From Okamejei kenojei (taxonomy: Eukaryota), in NCBI GenBank assembly GCA_035221665.1, contig CM069143.1, forward strand, positions 18,228,001 to 18,292,000: a stretch of DNA of 64,000 nucleotides, read 5' to 3'. Below the pieces are notes generated by a model that ran no database searches, was not told where the DNA came from, and was given only the letters and a program-made list of their open reading frames with translations. Made by a program: the position numbers and the translations under genes. This document shows positions 51,597 through 61,053 of this stretch, in pieces. The first letter of the stretch is position 1, and each line of letters begins with the position of its first letter.

Positions 51597-52072
51597 TACG
51601 TCGACGCTGACGGCAGAAGCAAGAGCTGCAGAGCGCAGCTCCTCGCAGCGGCCGGAACGGACCCGCAGGTAAGTGCAAGAAAAAAGTTAGGGGACGTTCT
51701 AAAAAAGAAGTTACGCTGGTAGAACCAGCAAAAATGAAAGTAAAATTCAAAAAATCAGAGTCACGCTGGCGTACTGATCCAGCCTAGATAATAAAAAATT
51801 GAAAATGGAGAAGTCTCAAAGATAGATTTCGCGGGTAAAAAGATCGTCCCGGGGAGAAGCTAAAGAGTCGGGACAAGAGACTAGTGCGGATCCGGTTCCG
51901 ATACCGGTGGCCGCTGATTCACCCGTTAGTGAGACTACAATTTCTCCAGAAATTCAAACCACGGAGGAAAATGTTCCTAGAAAAAGTAAAAAGAAATCCG
52001 TGAGGCCCGTGGTTTTCTGATGATGACTCTGATAATGAAAGTCCTCCGGATAATAAAGCTATATGGCTTAAA

Positions 52073-53428
52073 ATGGAACATATGGAGAAAGTGCTCCAAA
52101 ATATTATGAGACAAGGGTCAAAGTACCCAGAAATTTCCCAAAATGACCCTGAGGGGATTGAATATCCAGAATATGGCTATGTGCCAAATTGGGAATTTGA
52201 AACTCCAGACCCAGGAATAAGGGTGGAGGAAGTCTCATTGGATGAAATTCCAGGTGTATCAGGGCTGCAAAAGTCAGATCCTGCAAGTGGTGATGTGGAT
52301 TATGAGTGCACACCACAAATAAAAAAGAAGAGGCCATACGTGCCTGATATGGCAAAAGATTTTGCTATACCTGAAGGAAATGGTGAGGCTATGGAAGAAA
52401 ACCTAGCTGCCAGTATTAATTATATGGTATCTCACCAACTTCAAGATTCTGTGATGGTTGAAACAGCAGAATTATATAAAACACCGGAAAATTGCACCTC
52501 ATTGAAGGTACCTGCGGTTAATCCGTCTATATGGACACCTATGACTCCAGGCATGAGAGGACAAGAAATAAGATTTCAAAGAATCCTCAAACTGATTTCA
52601 GCTGCCATTACTGCTTTTGGCAGGCAAATGGAAGGGTCGGAAATGGTTAAAATCCAAAGAGATACTTTGGGCTTATTGTGCAATTCCTTTTATGAAATTA
52701 ATTGTATGAGGAAAATTGCGATTTGGCCCATATTTCATCCAAGGTTTGCAGGTCTGTGTCGATCAAGTGGTGTTCAAGCTCCTGGTTATCTATTTGGAGA
52801 AAACCTGCCTAAACAAATAAGAGAAATGGATGAAGAGGCTAAATCTATTCGCCACATGAGACCTTTCGTTTTTGGACAAAAAAGGTATTTTTCGTCAAGG
52901 AGGGGATTTGATTTTGGAAACAGAGGCAGGAATATGATAAGGAAATATTATCAGCCGGCACAGCCTAATGTTCACCTGTATACGGGGAGAAGGAGACCAC
53001 CACGTTCATATGGAGAGGTACAAAAACTTTATTCTATTCTTAAAGAAACTGTGGACAAATCTCCAGTTGGAGGGAGATTACAAATGTTTTATGATGAATG
53101 GCTTGCCATCACATCTGACCGGTTTATTTTACAAACAGGTACAGGAGCTACAATAACATTTAAAGAAGGTGTTAATTCTACGGTACAAAATAAACCTGCT
53201 TATGGTTTCATGTTTTCTGCTATTGAAGAGGCAGAAATTAATGTAGAAATTGACAAATTGTTTAAAAAAGGTGTTATTGAAAAAACTGTTGAACATAAAC
53301 ATCAATTTGTGTCAAATATCTTTCCGAGAAGTAAAAAAGATGGTGGTTGCAGAATTATTCTGGACCTTACAAACTTTAATACATTTGTCGAGTATAAACA
53401 TTTTAAGATGGAAACGTTCGACATTTGA
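52073..53428 (+). pseudogene. DIRS gag-like ORF running into the RT N-terminus
   Basis: PENC..LKVPAVNPSIW and YLFGENL (gag), then VGGRLQMFYDEW...FVSNIFPRSKKDGGCRIILDL..FN.FV...HFKMET (RT). The true gag start is probably upstream (~51805) and frameshifted. Confidence 0.88.
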
Positions 53429-54019
53429 TATCAGCAGGTTGTTATATGGCTACAATTGATTTAAAGGATGCGTACTATTCAGTACCAATACATTGATTTT
53501 TTCAAAAGGTATTTAAAATTTAATTGGCTGGGACAGCTGTGGCAATTTAAAGCTTTACCAAATGGGTTAAGTTCAGCTCCCAGGCTCTTCACAAAGCTGT
53601 TGAAACCAGCTTTAGCGCAATTAAGAGCACAAAAGCACATCATTATGGCTTATCTGGATGACATTTTAATTATCAGTAATAATCAGGAATCAGCTGGAAA
53701 ATCAGTTTCAGCAACTACAACTTTATTTGAGAAATTAGGTTTCTTGATTCATCCAATTAAGTCCCAGCTGCAGCCAGCACAGCCAATTAACTATTTAGGG
53801 TTTGTGATTAACTCGGTTACTATGTTAGTAACTTTGCCAACGGATAAGATTGATGATATTTTAACGGTATGTAGGGGCCTTATTCACAAACCTTATCCTT
53901 CCATCCGAGAAGTAGCGAAGGTTATTGGTAAACTAGTAGCAGCATTTCCTGCAGTAGAATTTGGTCCATTACATTACCAAAACCTTCAAAGGGACAAAAT
54001 AAGAGCTCTAAAAAAGTGA
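53429..54019 (+). pseudogene. DIRS reverse transcriptase core
   Basis: IDLKDAY (other frame), QFKALPNGLSSAPRLFTKLL, AYLDD and YLGF. Frameshifts near 53420 and 53490; TGA at 54017. Confidence 0.93.
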
Positions 54020-54040
54020 ACAGGCCATTTCGATAGGCCT

Positions 54041-54601
54041 ATGCAATTAGCAAAAGAAGCTTTATTTGAATTGCAATGGTGGATTGAAAATGTCCCACAA
54101 GCTGCTAAAAACATTTTAATACAGCAGCCTGAAGTATTTTTACAAACAGATGCAAGTGCTCTCGGATGGGGGGGCGACAGATACATTTACCAGTTGTGGG
54201 GGCAGATGGACTGTCCAAGAGGAAATGTTTCTCCAAACATATGGTATTAATTATTTAGAATTATTGGGGGCATTTTATGGATTAAAAGCCTATTGTTCTA
54301 CAAAAAGAATCTGCATGTACTGATACAATTAGACAATAAAACAGCTGTTGCATGTATTAATCACATGGGGGGAGTCAGATCGGTATCATGTGATTGTCTG
54401 GTCAATCAGATATGGCAGTGGTGTATTAAGCACCAAATTTGGATTTCAGCAAATTACATCCCAGGTAAAGACAATGTGGTGACAGACAACAGATCAAGGG
54501 TGTTTAAAGACAACACAGAATGGATGTTGAACCCAGTAGTTTTCAGTAAAATTGTGATTCAATATGGGTTACCAGACATTGATCTGTTGCATCAAGATTA
54601 A
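54041..54601 (+). pseudogene. DIRS RNase H
   Basis: TDASALGWG, INYLELLGA, DNKTAVACINHMGG and YIPGKDNVVTD, split by frameshifts. Confidence 0.9.
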
Positions 54602-54933
54602 ATCATCAATTGCCTAAATATGTGTCTTGGGAACCAGATCCAGATGCAGTAGCAGTAGATGCTTTTTCACTACATTGGGGGAATATGTTATTTTATGCTT
54701 TCCCTCCATTTGCTCTGGTTCAGCAATGTCTGAAGAAAATAGAACAAGATTCTGCCACAGGATTATTGGTGATTCCAAATTGGCCGACACAACCATGGTT
54801 CCCGTTGAAGTTAAACATGATTAAAGAACCATATATGTCAATTCCTAGCAGCAGTGATTTGTTAATAAAACCAGTAACCAAAGAAATTCATCCATTACAT
54901 GCTTATATGAATTTGTTAGTCTGCAGGTTTTGA
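54575..54933 (+). pseudogene. DIRS methyltransferase-like (N6-adenine MT-related) domain
   Basis: DIDL(F)ASRLNHQLPKYVSW.PDP.AVAVDAF...W...YAFPPF...IPNWPTQPWFP. Confidence 0.85.
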
Positions 54934-55019
54934 CCAGACCACTACAAGAGCTTGGATTGTCGGATAGAACTATGGATGTTATAGTCGCATCATGGTGAGA
55001 TAGCACTCAGAGACAATAT

Positions 55020-55901
55020 ATGACACATATAAAGAAATGGGAAAATTTTTGTAGACAATCAAATATATCCTATCATACTGTGAACATTGCAAACATATTG
55101 GAGTTCCTTGCCGAGTTGCATTTTGAGCAGCACTTAAGTTATAGTGCCATTAATAGTGCATGTAGTGGCTTATCATCTTATTTAGGACAAATCTCTGACC
55201 AGAAATCAATTGGATCACATCCATTAATATCCAGATTTATGAAAGGAATCGTTAACAAAAATCCACCCAAACCAAGATATACAGAAATTTGGGATGTGAG
55301 CATTGTACTTACTTTACTTAGGCAATGGACTCCAATCGAAGTTATATCATTGGAAAAGTTAACATTTAAATTAGTAATGTTAATGGCATTGGTATTATCA
55401 CAAAGGGTGCAAACATTACAAATGCTACATTTAGATTGTATGCATGTGGCTTCAGATAACATTGTGTTTTACGTTTACGATCTGATCAAACAAAGCAGAC
55501 CAGGGAGAACTGGAGCAAAGGTAATGTTTCAAGCTTATCCTATTGATCCAACTTTGTGCGTAGTTAGACATTTGACTCAATATATAAAAGTTACCAAAAC
55601 TCTTCGAGGTGATGAAAAAGCGTTAATGATTACGCATAAGAAACCACACACAAAAGCTTCAGTACAAACAATTTCAAGGTGGTTAAAACATGTGTTACTG
55701 TTAGCAGGAGTAGACACTGATGTGTTCAAATCTCACTCCACCAGGGCAGCAGCTACGTCCGCGGCGAAGTTACAGGACGTACCACTCGAACACATTTTAG
55801 AAACCGCAGGGTGGTGTAAAGAAGAAACTTTTTCAAAGTTCTACAATAAACCTGTTCGCACAATGACAGGCTTTGGACACGCGGTGTTGGGTTCACTATA
55901 A
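55020..55901 (+). CDS. DIRS tyrosine recombinase, 293-aa open frame with intact catalytic motifs
   Basis: SQRVQ (R), LIKQSRPG (K), HSTR, AGW and FSKFY. An in-frame upstream ATG at 54972 is separated by one TGA (54996). Confidence 0.9.
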   Translation: MTHIKKWENFCRQSNISYHTVNIANILEFLAELHFEQHLSYSAINSACSGLSSYLGQISDQKSIGSHPLISRFMKGIVNKNPPKPRYTEIWDVSIVLTLLRQWTPIEVISLEKLTFKLVMLMALVLSQRVQTLQMLHLDCMHVASDNIVFYVYDLIKQSRPGRTGAKVMFQAYPIDPTLCVVRHLTQYIKVTKTLRGDEKALMITHKKPHTKASVQTISRWLKHVLLLAGVDTDVFKSHSTRAAATSAAKLQDVPLEHILETAGWCKEETFSKFYNKPVRTMTGFGHAVLGSL

Positions 55902-56147
55902 TCACCTGCTTTGTTTCACTATCGATTTATATTATCGATTATGTTATCACTTATATCTTTTATCACTTTGTAATGGTTTTCCCCAGATGTAAAAAAGGGG
56001 GTTATTATATGTTCTTTTATCATTAAAGATTTATGAAAAGAACTAAAACTGATCTGGTAAAAGGTTATTTACTCATGTATGTGTTGACCTAGCCGGACTG
56101 TCGTATGGAATGACTCTACGACATGAAAAACACAGAAGCTTCAAAAT

Positions 56148-56259
56148 CTTCACGTAGTCACTCACGTGACTCCGAAGTAAAATAGTAAGATTAAACGAGA
56201 ACTTACCAGTTCGAAGTTTGATCGTTATTTTATGAGGAGTAACGATGAGGGATTACGTG
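56148..56259 (+). repeat. DIRS internal complementary region (ICR)
   Basis: cttcacgtagtcactcacgtgactccgaagtaa-AAT-agtaagattaaacgag...gattacgtg is the reverse complement of the right end joined to the left end. Confidence 0.93.
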
Positions 56260-56378
56260 CCCTCCACTCCCCACCCTCATAAAATAAATGATCATTTGGT
56301 AGTTCTAAATCTATGATGAGCCTTACTATCTTACTCCGGCTATTATGTTCTGTGTTTTTCATGCCGCTGCTTTGAAGT

Positions 56379-56487
56379 ATGCCGTTCTAACGCCAGGTGG
56401 GGCTTCTTCACGTAATCCCTCATCGTTACTCCTCATAAAATAACGATCAAACTTCGAACTGGTAAGTTCTCGTTTAATCTTACTATT
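56379..56487 (+). repeat. DIRS right ITR plus 3' extension
   Basis: 56409-56487 is the reverse complement of 56181-56259. Confidence 0.92.
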
Positions 56488-56609
56488 ACATTTCTAGAAA
56501 TATGTATCCCCACTAAAGGCTATAGTTTCCAATGGCACCAACACGCTGAGTGGTGGTGCTTATTTGGAACAACTTTTTCACTTAGATCATAGTTCATATT
56601 TCTTACAAC

Positions 56610-57004
56610 ATACAAGGAGGACATAATTAAAACGTACAGAATAGTGAAAGGCTTGAATAAAGTGGTTGTGGACAGGATGTTTCCACTAGTGGGAGAGTCA
56701 AGCACTAGAGGTCACCCTCAGAATTAAAGGATGTTCTTTTAGGAAGGAGGTGAGGAGGAATTTCTGTAGTCAGAGGATGGTGAATCTGTGGAATTATTTG
56801 CCACAGAAGGCTGTGGAGGCAAAGTCAGTGGGTATATTTAAGGCAGAGAGAGATAGATTCTTAATTGGTATGGGTTTCAGAGGTTATGGGGAGAAGGTAG
56901 GAGAATGGGTTTAGGAGGGAGAGATAGATCAGCCGTGATTAAATGGCGGAGTAGACTGGATGGGCCGATTGGCCTAATTCTACCACTATCACATGATCTT
57001 ATGA
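56610..57004 (+). mobile_element. CR1 3' fragment
   Basis: ggatgtttccactagtgggagagtc...gtgaatctgtggaatt...gatgggccga..ggcct. Confidence 0.88.
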
Positions 57005-57420
57005 CATTTGGCTAATCGAGTCTACATCAATCCTCAAAACAATCCATTCAATCCAATTCCCCAATTATTTTTTCTGTAGCCATCTCTCTGATTCATACCT
57101 ATTAACAACACCTCTCTCCCCACCCATCCTGACTCACTCCAATTCATCTACCATCCACCAACACAGAGGGGAGGGCAGTTTGTTGTTACCAATTTAGCTA
57201 CCAACTAGCACATCTTTGGGATGCAGGCGGAAACTGGACCAATAGGAAAACCCCCATGGCCACAGAGAGAAGGCAAGTAAAGTCAAGTTTAATGTCATAT
57301 GCACAGGTGCAGTGAAGTACAGGTGCAATGAAAAAGTTTACCTGCAGCTGTAACACAGGCTCATAAGTCATGTAGAAACCCTACAGCACAGGATGAGGTT
57401 CGAGCTATGACAGTTGCACT
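57005..57420 (-). mobile_element. Degraded V-SINE with an inserted LINE tail
   Basis: catctttgggatgcaggcggaaactgga...cccatggccacagagaga; aaagtcaagtttaatgtcatatgcaca tail at ~57280-57360. Confidence 0.5.
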
Positions 57421-58224
57421 ATCTGAATGAGAATAAGTAGCATGTTTCTGGTGAATAATAACAATGAGACATTGCAACCTGGGACAAGGATTGCAGTTGC
57501 CCAAAAGAAAGAAGGCCTTACCTTCAACAGGGAACAACAGCCCTTCCTCTCAGAACGCCATGGTGATCTGCAGTCTTTCTCCTTCCACACTATTCCAGCA
57601 AACTCACCTACGTTTTGTAACTCCACAGGCATTATCAAATTGGTGGCCATGATTCTACCCAGGGCTTTGTGTGACAACTAAACTCCAGATGGTGGTTCCT
57701 GAGACTCAGAGACATTAAAACAGATCAGATCATCAAATGATTAGAAATTGTTTCATTATTTAAGACATTTACTTTGGAAATTAAGAAATGAATTGAAAGT
57801 AAAATTAAAAAAAACATTTCATTTGCAAAACATCACTATCGGCTCTCCAGGGATGTTGGCTGACCCATTGAGTTACTTCAGTACTATTGGTCTTATTTTG
57901 TAAACCAGCATCTGCAGTTCCTTGTTTCTAACAAAAAACACTTCCCCTCCTCTACATTTTTAGTCAAGGTGGTTGACAACATTGAAATGCGTGGGTTTAT
58001 GTAAAGTCACCTATTGTGACGGGGACTTGAAGGAGTCCAGCCAAAAACGAATCTCAAATACAGCTCCCTACTCCTCTCCTGTCGTAGGTGTTGCCCAGCC
58101 TTAAATACCAACTCAGGTACCGACCCCATGACTAGCGCCTCCAACACGAAGACGCCACCCTCCAGAGCCGATGGTTCATTGTGCCCTTGGGTTGCCACCA
58201 GTTGCCGCCACACTATGGCCTTTT

Positions 58225-59985
58225 AAAGAACATAGAACAGTACAGTAGAGGACTGGAACCTTTAGCCCACAACATTTGTGCCAAAAATGATGCCAAGTAA
58301 AACTGATCACATTTGCCTGCACATGATCCATATCCCTCGATTCCCTGCGCTTCCATGTTCCTATCTAAAAGCCTTTTGAGTGTCACTACTGTATCTACCG
58401 CCACCACCCCTGGCAATGCGTTCTAGGCCCACGCCACTCTCTGTGTAAAATACTTGCCTCACACATCTCCATTAAACAATCCCCCTCTCACCTTTAAGCT
58501 ATGTCCTCGAGTGATGGACATTTCCACTCTAGGAAAAAAGTTCTGACTGTCTACCCTATCTATGCTTTTCATAATTTTATATACTTCTATCGTCTCTCCT
58601 CAACCTCTGACCAGGCAACATCCTGGTAAACCTCTACTGCACCCTCACCAAAGCCTCCACATTTTTCCTGCAATGTGGTGACCATAACTGAACACAATAC
58701 TCCAAATGCTGCCTACCCAAATTCCAAGGAGATGCATGATGACTTCCTGACTCTTATATACAATGACCCCAGCAATTAAGGCAACCGTACCATAGGCCTT
58801 CTTTACCACCATACTGTATCTACTTGTGTTGCCGCCTTTAGTGAACTATGAACTTGGACTCCAAGATCCCTCTTACACATCAATGCTGTTAGGGGTCTTG
58901 TCATTAACTATATACTCTTTCCTTACTTTCAACCTCACAAAGTGCACTACCTTACATTTGCTCGGGTTAAACCATCTGCCATCTATCTGCCTATTTCTAC
59001 AGCTGATCTTTATTCCACTGTATCTACATTCAGAAGCATTCTAGGGCAGCACAATGAAGCAGCAGTAGAATTGCTGCCTTACAGCACCAGAGACCCAGTT
59101 TGATCCTGACTGCGGGTGCTGTCTGTACGGAGTTTCGGTGTTCTCCCTGAGACAGCATGGGTCTTCTTTGGGTGCTCCAGTTTCCAACCAAACTCCAAAG
59201 ATGTGCAAATTTGTAGGCGAATTAGGTTTGGGAAAATTGTAAATTGTCCCTAGTATGTGGGGTGATGATAGTGTGTGGGGTGATCGCTGGTTGGTGCAGA
59301 CTCAGTGGGCTGAAGGGCCTGCTTCCCCGCTGTATCTCTAAATTAAAGTGAACTAAAGGTTCTTCACTGTCTGCGACACCTCCCATTTTGGTGTTGGCAG
59401 CAGACTTACTCACCAAGCCATCTACATTTACATCAAGGTCATTTATATATATCACAAACAGTAGATGTCCCAGCACAGATCCCTGCAGAACTCCACTGGT
59501 CACAGATCTCCAACCAGAATATCTACCTTCCACCACAACCTCCATTCTTCAATGAATAAGCCAGTTCTGAAACTAGACAACCAAGTCATCATGATTCCCA
59601 TACATCTTAATCTTCTGGGTCAGTCTCCCATGATGGACCTTATCAAAAGCTTTCCTAAAATCCAAATATACAACATCCACCATCAATCTCCTTTGTCACC
59701 TCCTCAAAAAACTCAATCATGTTGGTGAGACGCCACTTGCCATGTACAAAGCCTTGCTGGCGTTCCTTAATTAGCACATTCTCTTCCAAATGGGAGTAAA
59801 TACTATCTTGAAGAATTCTTTCCAATAGTTTCCTACCACTGACCTAAGGATCACTGGCGTACAATTTCCTGGATTCTCTCTACTTTCTTTCTCAAACAAA
59901 GGAACACATTTAGCCATTTTCCAGTTCTCCAGGAACTCACCTGTGACTGGAAAAGAAACAGAGATCCTCGTCAAGAGATCCACAT
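58225..59985 (-). mobile_element. CR1 RT fragment interrupted by a SINE
   Basis: ORFs read WRSVTSGVLQGSVLGHLLFVIYINDLD and WKMAKCVPLFEK..RENPGN; rc 3' tail aagaacatagaacagtacag. Confidence 0.9.
59044..59357 (+). mobile_element. HE1-type tRNA-derived V-SINE
   Basis: Degenerate A/B-box head (gggcagcac...gagacccagtttgatcc), V-domain (gggtgctccagtttcc...ccaaagatgtgca...taggc) and CR1-derived tail (gggctgaagggcctg...ctgtatctctaaa). Confidence 0.85.
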
Positions 59986-61053
59986 AAATAAATCATATAC
60001 TTGGCTTAATAAATATTTATGACCTGAATTTGCATGTGCAGGGTTTAGTTTCTACATTTGCAGATGATATTGGCATGCAGAGAAACATATTGTAGTGCGA
60101 GGTTAGGTCCATTTTGCACTACCATGGGTGGTAGTGGAAGCAGGCTTAATTGCAGTGTTCAAAAGAGAGCTGGATTAAAATCTGAAATTAAAATATTTGC
60201 AGGGCTACAGGAAAACAGGAGGGTGGAACTAATTAAATTGCTCACATAGAGCCAGCAAATACTCAGTGGGGGAATAGCCTGCTTCCGTGCTGTCACCTTC
60301 CCAAGTGTAAATACAACATCAATGCACAGACAATTACATTGCAATTTAGCACTTTAAATATCTGTGCCTAAATTCTTACATTGTTATTCAAAACCTTTTA
60401 CACTTTGCATTTCTGTGCCCTTTCATCTTAGTCCTCAGTCATTATAATCGAATGATATTGCTTGAAAATATAATATCTAGGCCCCATCAAAGCTTTCTTC
60501 TATTAGAATCTGTTGCCAAAACCAAATAGACTGGCAAGGTTCAATATGTCAGTTCAAGCTGCTAGTTGTGGTGTGGAATGTATGGGTGGTGGAGCAAAGA
60601 TAAACAAAGCAGAATTCATTTCATACTAGAATATATGGCGATTGACCCAGAGCAACATCAATAAAAGTTCATCTCTGCTGCCGTGTAAGATGATGTAGCA
60701 GGAAGGTACAATTATCTTCTCATTTAAATATTCATCAGATTCTAAAAACAAGGTGCTAAAAATGGATGACAAATAATAGAATGTGCAATACGGTGTGAAA
60801 TCACGACTTGCATCATGCTGTGCCCGCTCACAGCATGACCATGAACCTAAATTGGTGACATTATAAGTGACAGCATTTTAATGAGGGCAGAATCGACATT
60901 TTTTAAGCTATTAGCCAGATTTAATGCAAAATAAATGAGGATTCTACGGACATGTTCTAATTACGTTAATAAACCTTTCAAACAAGAATCTTGGCCCAGG
61001 ACAAATTTCCCTTGGCACATTGAAGCCAGCCTTAAGAACGCATCATGAGGTAA

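Larger units (their letters stand above)
51534..56487 (+). mobile_element. DIRS1-type retrotransposon copy 3, full length (~4.95 kb)
   Basis: ATT at both ends. ITR core 51562-51596 pairs with 56379-56413. ICR 56148-56259 is complementary to the left terminus and to the right-ITR extension. ORF order is gag-RT-RH-MT-YR. Confidence 0.97.

Noticed and set aside
54575-55901. Phage integrase plus methyltransferase as a prophage or bacterial contaminant
   Set aside because: They follow gag-RT-RNase H within ITR/ICR termini, the standard DIRS1 layout, amid vertebrate LINEs and SINEs.
51534-56487. Ngaro/PAT-type (split direct repeat) or LTR element
   Set aside because: The repeats are inverted with an ICR, there is no DDE integrase or TSD, and an MT domain is present.
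59044-59115. tRNA gene
   Set aside because: Degenerate tRNA-derived SINE head with no cloverleaf; continues into the V-domain and LINE tail.
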